Shown in pieces: positions 23,137 through 32,347 of a stretch of 64,000 nucleotides of DNA (position 1 is the stretch's first letter; each line of letters starts with the position of its first letter). Below the pieces are notes generated by a model. It was not told the DNA's origin, did not search any database, and saw only the letters and a program-made list of their open reading frames with translations. This DNA is from Pseudomonadota bacterium (GTDB lineage Bacteria; Pseudomonadota; Alphaproteobacteria; Rhizobiales; Xanthobacteraceae). Location: contig JBFLYS010000006.1 in NCBI GenBank assembly GCA_040756555.1, forward strand, positions 6,025-70,024. Reading direction: 5' to 3'. A program made the translations under genes and the position numbers.

Positions 23137-23368
23137 ATTTAGACCACGGACACGACGTCATTTCCACGGGGGCCGAAGGCGGTTCGTGACTGCTGACGTG
23201 TCGTGTCCGCTGGGGGCACCAGGCGACAGCACAAAAATAGATGTCTGCTTCCCGCCGTGGTTTAGATCTCAACTTGGTTTTATGATTGCAAACCCAGCTC
23301 GGGTTCCGCTTTCGCGGCAGCGAACGGCCACGTGCTTGGATCAAGAGAGATCACACACCGGTTGGCCC

Positions 23369-24100
23369 ATGCTTCCATTCCGCGAACTGCTCACCATGCT
23401 GATGCCGCCGTCGGTCTATTACCGGCGGCGCATCGCCGAGGAGGTCGATGCCGGAGAGCCGGAGCTCGATCTTCTTCCCGAGTTGGTGCGACGCGGCGGC
23501 ACCGCGGTCGATGTCGGCGCCAATCAGGGCTTCTTCTCGTTTGCGCTGGCGCAGCACGCCGGCCATGTCGTCGCCTTCGAGCCCAACCCGGACTACGCCC
23601 TGTTCGCGCGATGGATGCTGCGTGGGCATGCGGAGGTGATGCGATACGCGCTGTCGGACCGCTCAGGCCGGGCGACGTTTCATGTACCGATCTCGAAAGA
23701 GGGCATGGTGCTGCATCTCGCCGGCAGCCTGAAAGGCGAGTTTCCGCAGTTTCCGGAGATCAGGAAATACGATGTCGAAATCCGCAGCCTCGACAGTTTC
23801 AAATTGAAAGACGTCTGCTTCCTCAAGGTCGATGTCGAGGGCGCCGAGCGCGAGGTGCTCGACGGTGCGAAGGAAACGATCGCTCGCGACAAGCCGGTGA
23901 TGGTGCTGGAGTTGCTCTCCGGCACGCACGAGAACCCGCACGATCTCACCGCCGCGATCTGCAACGATTTCGGCTACGAGGCGTTCGTGCTGAAGGGCCG
24001 CGAGAAGCTTCCAGCGCTGCCGACCATCGCCGCGCTTGGGCAGAACTCGACCTACAACACGCATCTTATCACCCGCAACGTGCTGTTCGTGCCCCGCTGA
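23369..24100 (+). CDS. FkbM family methyltransferase
   Basis: VDVGANQG, AFEPNP, FLKVDVEGAE motifs; start inferred from the duplicated 5' end. Confidence 0.9.
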   Translation: MLPFRELLTMLMPPSVYYRRRIAEEVDAGEPELDLLPELVRRGGTAVDVGANQGFFSFALAQHAGHVVAFEPNPDYALFARWMLRGHAEVMRYALSDRSGRATFHVPISKEGMVLHLAGSLKGEFPQFPEIRKYDVEIRSLDSFKLKDVCFLKVDVEGAEREVLDGAKETIARDKPVMVLELLSGTHENPHDLTAAICNDFGYEAFVLKGREKLPALPTIAALGQNSTYNTHLITRNVLFVPR

Positions 24101-24726
24101 TGCGCCCGCTGCAAAACCGCGTCGACCCGTTCGGCGAATTGTTCGCTGACAAATCGCGCGGCCTGTTCATGGGCAATCGTGGCGGGCGGTTCCACACCGA
24201 CGAACAGACGTTGACCAAACGGCGCTGGACCTCGCGGCAGTGGATCTGCTGCGTGCTTGAGTTCAAGGGCCGGCATCGCAACGTCTGGGGCCGCTTCTAC
24301 ACCGAGCTGTTTTTCCTCGACGAACCCACGGCGCTCGCGGCCGGGCACCGGCCGTGCTTCGAATGCCGCCGCAAGGATGCGGAGCGGTTCGCAAATCTGT
24401 GGGCGCAATCCTTCAAGCTCAACGTTCGTCCGCGCGCACCCGAGATGGACGAAGTGCTGCAAGCCGAACGGTTGAACGGCCGCGCGAAGCGGCGGCACAA
24501 GCGTGAGTTCGCCGATCTGCCGGATGGCGCTTTCGTCGCGCTCGACGATGCGGCGTGGGCCGTGCGCGGCCGCTCGCTGCTGCGCTGGACGCCGACGGGC
24601 TACACGGAACGCAAATCGAAGTCGGGCAGGGGTGTCGCCGACGTGCTCACGCCGCCCGCGATCCTGGAGGTGTTGTCCGCCGGATACGAACCGCACTGGC
24701 ATCCGAGCGCGGCGCGCGAAAGATGA
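24100..24726 (+). CDS. Hypothetical protein with Ada-like Cys motif
   Basis: TGATG coupling to fkbM; PLQNRVDPFG, MGNRGG, WICC, FFLDEPTALAAGHRPCFECR. Confidence 0.75.
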   Translation: MRPLQNRVDPFGELFADKSRGLFMGNRGGRFHTDEQTLTKRRWTSRQWICCVLEFKGRHRNVWGRFYTELFFLDEPTALAAGHRPCFECRRKDAERFANLWAQSFKLNVRPRAPEMDEVLQAERLNGRAKRRHKREFADLPDGAFVALDDAAWAVRGRSLLRWTPTGYTERKSKSGRGVADVLTPPAILEVLSAGYEPHWHPSAARER

Positions 24727-24886
24727 ACCAATCGTGGCGGCGGGACGGCCGAAACGCGTCCGCCCAACCTCGGAGCGCCGAACGCGAGGTTTGAACCGCG
24801 GCGCGCCAGCTCATGGGTTTGCTCGCGTGCGAGGAACGCGCAGATCACCTGATCAACGTCATGCTCGCAGCCGAGGATCGGCCCTT

Positions 24887-25570
24887 CTAGCCTTTCATCG
24901 CGGCCTTGATGGCTTCGAGCCCCGCGCCCGCCTTCGCCGCGTTGATGATCTTGGCTTCCTTCGCAGCCAATCCCGGCGCCGCAGCCTTCATCGGATCGAT
25001 CGTCTCAATCGGCACCACGACCGCGCCGCGCTGGTCGGCGTGAATGAGATCGCCGCTCCGCACCGCCATGCCGTGGATGTTTACGCTCAGCCCGAAATCC
25101 ACAACGTGCACAAAGGCATGCGACGGCGCGATCGAACCCGCCAGCATCTGGAAGCCCTCCGCCACTTGCGGAATGTCGCGGATCGAGCCGTTGGTGATGG
25201 TGCCCAGACAGCCGAGCGCCTTGTGCACGTTTGTTTGAACTTCTCCCCAGAACGCGCCGTAACCGACGATCTCGTCGATGTCCTGGATCACCGCAATGCC
25301 CGGTTGCGGCTGCGCGGCGATATAGTCGAGATAATCCAGCCGCTTGTTCATGTAGCCCGCCTCGCCGAGCGGCACGCGGTCCTGTGCCCGCATCGTCACG
25401 GTCTTCGCGAATCCGACCATCGGCGGCAGGTTGGGGAACGGGCAGTGCAGGTGACGCACCGTGTAGCCGAAGCCGCGCCGCTCGGGCGCTACGATCTCCA
25501 GCAGATTGCAGACGGTCGGCGTGTCGACCGAGCGAAGGAATTCGAACTGGCTTTGCGTCACCACGGTCAT
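24887..25570 (-). CDS. RraA/HMG-aldolase family protein
   Basis: DTPTVCN, AFWGEV, TNGSIRD, GDLIHADQRG. Confidence 0.85.
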   Translation of the reverse strand: MTVVTQSQFEFLRSVDTPTVCNLLEIVAPERRGFGYTVRHLHCPFPNLPPMVGFAKTVTMRAQDRVPLGEAGYMNKRLDYLDYIAAQPQPGIAVIQDIDEIVGYGAFWGEVQTNVHKALGCLGTITNGSIRDIPQVAEGFQMLAGSIAPSHAFVHVVDFGLSVNIHGMAVRSGDLIHADQRGAVVVPIETIDPMKAAAPGLAAKEAKIINAAKAGAGLEAIKAAMKG

Positions 25571-25706
25571 TGGCGTTTCTGTCCCTGTTTCTGTCCCGGC
25601 GTAACTCCCTGTTCGGAAGCTCCGGCCATACTCCGATACTAACCCGTCCTAATGCCGCCATATCAGGCGGCTGTAGTTTGTGGTGGGAAGCGGGCTGAGG
25701 GTGGAA

Positions 25707-27047
25707 ATGATGCGAAAATCCGCGATTTCTCTCGCCTTTTCAATGGCTTTCGTTGGGCCCGCTCTGGCCCAGACCGCTCCGGTGCCGATTCCCCCAGCCA
25801 AGCCCGCGCCTCAGGCCGCGCGCCCGGCCATCCATCCAGTCTCCAAATCGACCGATCCGACCTTCGACGAGGGCACCTACCAGCGCATCAGCGCGGCGAT
25901 GCTCTCCTACTCCAGCATCGAGGTTCGCGGCGGCTGGCCGACGCTGCCGGCCGGCACCAAGCTCGGCCCGGGCTCGTCCGGTCCGGAGGTCGCGCTGCTC
26001 CGGCAGCGCCTCGCGGTCAGCGATGACCTCGACCCGGCCAAGATCGCCGGCGACGCCTATGACGCGGACGTCGTCGATGCAGTGAAGCGCTTCCAGGCGC
26101 GGCACGGCCTCGACGAGACCGGCGTGGTCGGCCCGCAGACGCTTACCGCGCTCAACGTGCCGGTGAAGAAGCGCATCCGCCAGCTCTCGGCGTCGCTCGA
26201 CCGTCTCGCCGAACTGAACTTCACCTTCGGTCAGCGCTATGTGGTGGTGAACATTCCGGCCGCGGTCGCGGAGGCCGTCGAAGGCAGCAACGTTAAGCGG
26301 CGCTACACGGTGGTGGTCGGCAAGGTCGATCGCCCGTCGCCGACGCTGACGACGATGATCACGACGGTCAATCTCAACCCGACCTGGACCGTGCCGTTGT
26401 CGATCGTGAAGAAAGACATCGTCACCAAGATGCGGAAGGATCCGAACTACGTGTCGCGGCTCAAGATGCGCGTGCTCGACGCGCAGGGCCAGGAGATAGA
26501 CCCGAAGACCGTGGACTGGAAGTCCGACCGCTCGCCAAACTTCACCATCCGGCAGGATTCCGGCGCGGGCAACGCGCTCGGCGCGCTCCGCATCGACATG
26601 CCGAATCCGCATTCGGTGTACATGCACGACACCAACCACAAGGAATTCTTCAGCGCCGACTACCGCTTCCATTCGTCGGGCTGCGCGCGCGTCGCCGAAG
26701 TCCGCGATCTCGCGACATGGCTTCTGGAGGACAATCCTGGCTGGAGCCGCAAGGAGCTCGACGCCAAGATCGCGACCGGCGAACGTGTGGACGTGAGGCT
26801 GACGCGCAAGGTGCCGGTGGCCTGGGTCTATTTCACTGGCTGGGCGACGCGCGACGGCGCGATCCACTTCCGCGACGACGTCTATGGCCACGATGAACCG
26901 CCGGCGCGCTCGGTGGTGGCCACGCTGGCGAAACCCGCCGCGCCGATCCAGACCGCGGCGCGCGCCTCGGGCTTCGTCGTGCAGTCGGCCGACTCGCGGC
27001 CGGTGACGCTCGGTGTGAAGCAGGTGTCCTACCTCGACAGCCAGTAA
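25707..27047 (+). CDS. L,D-transpeptidase (YcbB/LdtD-like) with peptidoglycan-binding domain
   Basis: AVKRFQARHGL PG-binding motif, VNIPA, NPTWTVP, YMHDT...HSSGCARV catalytic motif. Confidence 0.92.
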   Translation: MMRKSAISLAFSMAFVGPALAQTAPVPIPPAKPAPQAARPAIHPVSKSTDPTFDEGTYQRISAAMLSYSSIEVRGGWPTLPAGTKLGPGSSGPEVALLRQRLAVSDDLDPAKIAGDAYDADVVDAVKRFQARHGLDETGVVGPQTLTALNVPVKKRIRQLSASLDRLAELNFTFGQRYVVVNIPAAVAEAVEGSNVKRRYTVVVGKVDRPSPTLTTMITTVNLNPTWTVPLSIVKKDIVTKMRKDPNYVSRLKMRVLDAQGQEIDPKTVDWKSDRSPNFTIRQDSGAGNALGALRIDMPNPHSVYMHDTNHKEFFSADYRFHSSGCARVAEVRDLATWLLEDNPGWSRKELDAKIATGERVDVRLTRKVPVAWVYFTGWATRDGAIHFRDDVYGHDEPPARSVVATLAKPAAPIQTAARASGFVVQSADSRPVTLGVKQVSYLDSQ

Positions 27048-27104
27048 GGCTGGGTTGCGCCAGCGGGGGCTGGTCAATGCAGTCCTCGTAAGCGATGGTC
27101 GCGC

Positions 27105-28253
27105 ATGGCCATCGATCCGCGCCGCTTTGCCGTCGCCTTTTCCGCGACCAGCGCCTTCCTTCATCTCTATGCCCCGCAGGCGACGCTGCCGCTGATGGCG
27201 CAGGAGTACGGCGTCGGCGCCGCCGATGCCTCGAAGATCATCACGGCGGGCACGCTGGCGGTGGCGGCGACCGCGCCGTTCACCGGCGCGCTGTCGGACG
27301 TGCTGGGGCGTAAGCGCGTCATCGTGGTCGCGATGGCGCTGCTGCTCATTCCGGCGACGATGGCCGCGCTGGCGCCGAGCCTCGACTGGCTGATCTTCTG
27401 GCGCTTCGTTCATGGCCTGCTGCTGCCGCCGATTTTTGCGGTCACGCTCGCCTATATCGGTGACGAATGGCCGCCGGCCGAGGCGAATGGCGTGTTCGGG
27501 GTTTACGCCTCGGCGTCCGCCATCGGCGGGTTTCTAGGACGCTTCATTCCGGGAATGCTCGCGGCCTACATCGGCTGGCGCGGTGGCTTCCTGGTGCTCG
27601 CGGCTTGCACATTCCTTTGCCTGATCGCGGTTATCATCCTGCTGAAGCCAGAGCAGAAGTTCGTGCGCGCGAGCAGTCTCGCCGCCTCGCTGAAGCAGAT
27701 GGTGGCGCACTTGCGCAATCCGCGGCTGCTCGGGACTTACGCGGTCGGCTTCGGCGTGCTGTTCAACTTCATCGCGACCTTCACGTATCTCAGTTTCCAT
27801 CTCTCCGATCCGCCGTTCAATGCGACACCGGCGTTCCTCGGCTCGATCTTTGTGGTCTATCTCGTCGGCTCAGGGGTGGCGCTATGGCTTGGGCCGGTGA
27901 TCGCCTGGCTCGGACGGCGCAAGTTTATCCTGTGCGTGCTGGGCCTTTGGGCGTTCGGCATTCTCATCACGCTGTCGTCGTCGCTGGTCGTGATCGTCAT
28001 TGGCCTCATTATCGTCTCGACCTGCGGCATTCTTACGCAAGCGACCTCCAACAGCTTCGTCGCCACCACCGCCAAGGAGGGCACGTCCTCCGCGGTGGGT
28101 CTCTATGTGACGTGCTTCTATATCGGCGGTACGTTCGGCGGCTGGTTGCCGGGTATCGCCTATGAATCCGCCGGCTGGCCGGCCGCGCTCGCACTGATCG
28201 TCGGAATGATCGCGATCCAGGCTTCGATCGTCGCGACGGCCTGGAAGAATTGA
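27105..28253 (+). CDS. MFS transporter (YnfM-like)
   Basis: About 12 hydrophobic segments; GALSDVLGRKR MFS motif A; LYAPQATLP. Confidence 0.88.
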   Translation: MAIDPRRFAVAFSATSAFLHLYAPQATLPLMAQEYGVGAADASKIITAGTLAVAATAPFTGALSDVLGRKRVIVVAMALLLIPATMAALAPSLDWLIFWRFVHGLLLPPIFAVTLAYIGDEWPPAEANGVFGVYASASAIGGFLGRFIPGMLAAYIGWRGGFLVLAACTFLCLIAVIILLKPEQKFVRASSLAASLKQMVAHLRNPRLLGTYAVGFGVLFNFIATFTYLSFHLSDPPFNATPAFLGSIFVVYLVGSGVALWLGPVIAWLGRRKFILCVLGLWAFGILITLSSSLVVIVIGLIIVSTCGILTQATSNSFVATTAKEGTSSAVGLYVTCFYIGGTFGGWLPGIAYESAGWPAALALIVGMIAIQASIVATAWKN

Positions 28254-28385
28254 CGGTCCTCAAACACGCAAATTGTGGGTGTGGATAAATAAAGGAACCG
28301 GGGCCGCCTTCGCGTCTTCATCCCGCAGGCGTCATCGTGCATATTGTCATTTGATATTCTCACCAAAGCGATTTCCCCGACATTG

Positions 28386-30731
28386 ATGCCGCACCTTTTC
28401 CCACAAAGATGGCATGCTGCTCTATCGGCCGCGCTGGCAGTCGCGATTTGGCTGGCGATGGGCGGAGCCGCTCTTGCCGACTGCTCGCCCGCGGCGGCCG
28501 ACGGAATTACCGCGGTTTGCAGCGGCACCACGACCAACCAGGCGGGCGGCGCGCCCGGCACCAGTGCCGGCTTGATTGGCTACGGCACAGGTTCTGAAAA
28601 TTCGCTCATCGTGAACGTATTGCCGGGTGCGACGGTGAGCGGCACCAACTGGGGCATTCGCCTCGACACGGGTACGGTGACGAACTACGGCGTCGTGAGC
28701 GGCGCCGGCAGCGCCGGCATAGCCGCGAGCGGAGTGGTGACCAACTACGGAACCGTTACCGGCTTTAACGGCATCACCAGCTCCACCGCCACCGTGACCA
28801 ACTATGGCACCGTCACCGCAAGTAATTTCGGTGTGAGCGCCATCACGGCGACGGTGACGAACTACGGCACTATCACCGCCACCAGCCGCGGCGTCACCGG
28901 CGGCGACATGACGGTGGTGAACTACGGTGCGATCGCCGGCACCAATCTCTACGGCATCAGTGGCAGCACGAACGTCAGCCTCACCAACAGCGGTACGATC
29001 AGCGGCGGCAGCGTCGGCGTTAACGCCAACAACACGGGAACGATCAACAACACCGGAACGATCAGCGGCTTCACCTACGGCGTTTTTGGCAACACGCTCA
29101 CGATTGTGAACAGCGGCACGATCGAGGCACGCAATGCCGGCGGGGCGGCTGTCAACGTCAATAGCAGTGTAAACCTGGATAATTCCGGCCTGCTGAGGGG
29201 CGGTATCCAGGGTGCGGCGGTCGCGATCGTCAACAATTCCGGCACCATTGCCGGCTACAATTCCGGCCTAAATGTCGGTTCGGCATACTTGACCAATTCG
29301 GGCGTCATCACCGGCAACACCTTCGGTATCCGCGCCAACGACGGCACCATCAACAACACTGGCACGATCGCCAGCCGCACCGGCATCGTCGCGTTCTCGG
29401 GCCTCCGTTTGACCAACGCCGGTACGATCCAAGGCACAAGCGGTACGGCGATCGATTTCAGCGCAGCCGCCAACGATACGCTGACCCTGCTGGCCGGTTC
29501 GCGCATCATCGGCGCGATCAAACTTGGCAGCGGCGACAACGTCACCGTCAATGCAAGCAGAGACATTTCCTCGCTGACGACGTTTACGCCCAACGGCGCG
29601 TATACGCTGCAGGTCAATGGCGGTGCGCCCTTTGTTGTTGCCGGTGATCGTGTTGCCGTCATCGACGCCACCGGGATCTCTGGCGCCGACCGTGCCGTTA
29701 TGGACTTCACACGCGCCATCTCCGGTCTGCTCGATCAGCGCGGCGAGGAGATGCAATCGGGGCCCGGCGCGATGGCCTATGCCGCCGACAACGCGCAGGC
29801 GACAAAATTCGATGAGGTGTTCGCACAGCTTCACGGCGGCGCGGGGCTCAGCACCGCCTCTTTCCGCAATGCTAGCGTCGTCACCGCAGAGGGTGATGGC
29901 GTGTGGACCAAGGGCTTCGGAGGGCGCCGAATCCAGCAGGCGGACGGCGCGACGCTACGGTCGGTCACCGGATTCTATGGCGGCGCCATCGGCTACGATC
30001 GCTTGATGCGGTCGGACCTGCGGCTCGGCGCCTTCGTGGGCGCTGGCGCCACGCGTCAGGACATCGATGCCAATTCCGGCTCGACCGACAGCGACATCAT
30101 GTTCGGCGGCGTCTACGGGCGATGGATGCCGGGCGTGTCCTTCCTCGACATAGCGCTGAGCGGCGGCATCAGCCGCAATGCCATCACTCGCAACATCGCT
30201 AACAATCTGGCTTCCGGTGGCATGGAGACGGCGAAGGCGGACGCCAATGGCTGGTTCGTCAGCCCCGCGCTGAGTTACGGCTATCGCATCCCGCTTGGTG
30301 CAGGGCTGGTGCTGACGCCGGCCGCGTACGTGCGTTACGTCGCGGCGTCTTTCGGCGGCTATACCGAAAGCGGCTCCGCGTCGGCTCTCACGGTCGGCGC
30401 GCGCACCATGCAAAACGCCGAAGAGCGCGGCGAGTTGAAACTCGTCCGGACAACGGTGCTTCCGGGCGCCGCGCAGTTGCGCACCAACGCACAGGTCGGC
30501 GTGCTCGCGGTGCAGCGGCTGGCGGGCACCAACGTCAGCGCAGTGCTGCTCGGTCAGGATTTGACCTTTGCCGCGCCGGGAAAGTCGAGCGTCGTGGGCC
30601 TTTATGCCGGCACCGGTTTCGACCTGCGCGCGTCAAGCCGCATGTCGGTCTTTGCTGCGATGGAATACAGCTCGCTCTCGGATTCCAGCTCCGTGCTGGC
30701 AGGTCAGGGCGGCCTCCGCTTAGCCTTCTGA
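28386..30731 (+). CDS. Autotransporter-domain outer membrane protein with beta-helix repeats
   Basis: Signal peptide, many (V/I)xN(Y/S/T)GT(V/I) repeats, C-terminal beta-barrel (VWTKGFG..., GGYTESG) ending in Phe. Start uncertain. Confidence 0.85.
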   Translation: MPHLFPQRWHAALSAALAVAIWLAMGGAALADCSPAAADGITAVCSGTTTNQAGGAPGTSAGLIGYGTGSENSLIVNVLPGATVSGTNWGIRLDTGTVTNYGVVSGAGSAGIAASGVVTNYGTVTGFNGITSSTATVTNYGTVTASNFGVSAITATVTNYGTITATSRGVTGGDMTVVNYGAIAGTNLYGISGSTNVSLTNSGTISGGSVGVNANNTGTINNTGTISGFTYGVFGNTLTIVNSGTIEARNAGGAAVNVNSSVNLDNSGLLRGGIQGAAVAIVNNSGTIAGYNSGLNVGSAYLTNSGVITGNTFGIRANDGTINNTGTIASRTGIVAFSGLRLTNAGTIQGTSGTAIDFSAAANDTLTLLAGSRIIGAIKLGSGDNVTVNASRDISSLTTFTPNGAYTLQVNGGAPFVVAGDRVAVIDATGISGADRAVMDFTRAISGLLDQRGEEMQSGPGAMAYAADNAQATKFDEVFAQLHGGAGLSTASFRNASVVTAEGDGVWTKGFGGRRIQQADGATLRSVTGFYGGAIGYDRLMRSDLRLGAFVGAGATRQDIDANSGSTDSDIMFGGVYGRWMPGVSFLDIALSGGISRNAITRNIANNLASGGMETAKADANGWFVSPALSYGYRIPLGAGLVLTPAAYVRYVAASFGGYTESGSASALTVGARTMQNAEERGELKLVRTTVLPGAAQLRTNAQVGVLAVQRLAGTNVSAVLLGQDLTFAAPGKSSVVGLYAGTGFDLRASSRMSVFAAMEYSSLSDSSSVLAGQGGLRLAF
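28677..28928 (+). repeat. Intragenic tandem repeats in the autotransporter passenger
   Basis: gtgacgaactacggc-like units at 28677, 28737, 28794, 28854, 28914 (57-60 nt period). Confidence 0.8.
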
Positions 30732-30854
30732 GACAAGAGCCGTTCAGCCACCAGATCGACGTACAAACGCAGTGGCGGGCGGTACTGTTTCGCACCACCC
30801 GCCACCATTCCCCGCGCAGCAACCTGTCACGAATGCTTTAGCCTTCCTTGGGCG

Positions 30855-32219
30855 TTATTTCGATTTCAGGAATTCGGCCACTTCGAGCAGGATCATTTCG
30901 TTGTCGTCCTGCTTTCCGAGCGCCCGGCCGGAGGAATAGGGCAGGTTGTTGTCGTTCGCGACGATGATGTGGCGGTCGTCGACCACATCCACGTCCTCGA
31001 TGGTAACGAACGGGAAGGTGAAGATGCCTTCCTTCGAACCTTGCCGCGCCTTCTTGTCGGTGTCCTTGATCGCCATCAGGTCGATGTGGCCGATCTTTCG
31101 CACGAAGCCACCGGCGTTGGCGTCGTTCATCTCGATCTTGTAGATGCGCTTCATCTTCGCGGCGTCGTTGAAGCAGTCCGGCTTCGCGGGACCCGTGCAG
31201 GCCTGCCAGGCTTCGCCTTCGCCATTGTCGCGCTCGATGATGAGACCGGTGGTCGCATCGATCATGTTGAAGTCGCCGATATTGTTGTTGTTGATCTCGA
31301 GGCGATATTTCCAGAACCGGCCGGTCCACTTCTCCTGCGCCACGTCGAATTCGAGGATGCGCAGATACTCGCGGCCTTCTTCGGTTTCCCAGGCCTTCTT
31401 CTCTTCGTTCCAGAGCGGCCCTTCGAGCAGCGGATAGAGGAACTTGCCGTCCTTGGAGGCAGCCATGCCCTCGTAGCCACGCGAGCGCCGCACGTTGAAG
31501 GCGACCGCGCCGCCGGGCACCGACGGCGTTGAGACGCTGTAGTGATCCGGCGAGCGGGCGGGCTTGCCGTCGATCTGGGTCTCGAAGAAGCCCGTCACCT
31601 TGCCGGTCATGTCGGTGCGGATGAGATAGGGGCCGAACTCGTCGCCGATCCAGAGCGAACCCGCGATCGGCTGGAAGCTTTCCACGTCGAGGTCGGCGCC
31701 GGTGAGATAGCGCTTCTCGCTGCCCTCGAACGTGATCTGGAACGGGATCTTGCGGTCCGGATCATGCAGGAAGATCGTTTGCAGTTTCTCGACCTTGCCT
31801 GTCGCCCAGTCTGGCTTCAGGCGGTGCAGCACCAGCATCGCGTCGGCCGAGTTCACCTTGGCGCCGTAGCCGTTGTCTTGCAGCGTCCAGTAGGTGCCGT
31901 CGCCGTTTGACTTGATGCCGGACAGCCCCTGCATCGGCTGGCCCTTGAACGGCAGCTTCACGCCGGTCTCACGCGGCGCACCCGCGGCCGAGATGAACGA
32001 CGTGCCCATCACACTGCCGACCGCGTCGATCCGCTTCTTGTCGGTCGCGGTGAACTTGCCGGAAATCGCGAGGTCTTTCGACGCATCGGACGGCGGATCG
32101 AAGAAGGTCTGAGCCGGAATGATCGCATGCCCGGCGAGTTTTGCCGGAAAGGCCTGATCGGCAACTGCTGGCATTGCCGCAGCGATCAGGCTCACGAAAG
32201 TTGCTGTCACAAGGCGCAT
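30855..32219 (-). CDS. Secreted esterase-like activity of phytase family protein
   Basis: Signal peptide; QGLSGI, DNGYG, DVES, GDEFGP, GYEGMA, NDNNLP motifs. Confidence 0.85.
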   Translation of the reverse strand: MRLVTATFVSLIAAAMPAVADQAFPAKLAGHAIIPAQTFFDPPSDASKDLAISGKFTATDKKRIDAVGSVMGTSFISAAGAPRETGVKLPFKGQPMQGLSGIKSNGDGTYWTLQDNGYGAKVNSADAMLVLHRLKPDWATGKVEKLQTIFLHDPDRKIPFQITFEGSEKRYLTGADLDVESFQPIAGSLWIGDEFGPYLIRTDMTGKVTGFFETQIDGKPARSPDHYSVSTPSVPGGAVAFNVRRSRGYEGMAASKDGKFLYPLLEGPLWNEEKKAWETEEGREYLRILEFDVAQEKWTGRFWKYRLEINNNNIGDFNMIDATTGLIIERDNGEGEAWQACTGPAKPDCFNDAAKMKRIYKIEMNDANAGGFVRKIGHIDLMAIKDTDKKARQGSKEGIFTFPFVTIEDVDVVDDRHIIVANDNNLPYSSGRALGKQDDNEMILLEVAEFLKSK

Positions 32220-32270
32220 CGTTGGCCTCCTGTGTTTGAGTCGACGCGCCCGGGAGGGTCTTGGTGTTCC

Positions 32271-32310
32271 ATGTCGGCGGTGTTGCTATTCGATGTCAGC
32301 GCGATGACAC
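32271..32310 (-). promoter_or_regulatory. Putative PhoB (Pho) boxes
   Basis: Minus strand reads gtgtcat-cgcg-ctgacat-cgaa-tagcaac-accg-ccgacat: four units at an 11-bp period resembling CTGTCAT-N4, ~50 nt upstream of the phytase-like gene. Confidence 0.7.
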
Positions 32311-32347
32311 TCCCTCGCGCTATTCGCCGCACCGCCGGGACCGTGAA

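Noticed and set aside
23120-23368. Long N-terminal extensions of fkbM (from 23120) and of the next gene (from 23332)
   Set aside because: Open frames running through junction DNA; the duplicated start and the TGATG coupling indicate starts at 23369 and 24100.
13104-23488. Prophage, ICE or composite transposon
   Set aside because: No integrase, transposase, phage or conjugation genes and no tRNA target are visible.
28677-28928. ~60-nt periodic repeats as a CRISPR array
   Set aside because: The repeats are in frame, vary at codon third positions and encode autotransporter repeats; no cas genes are present.
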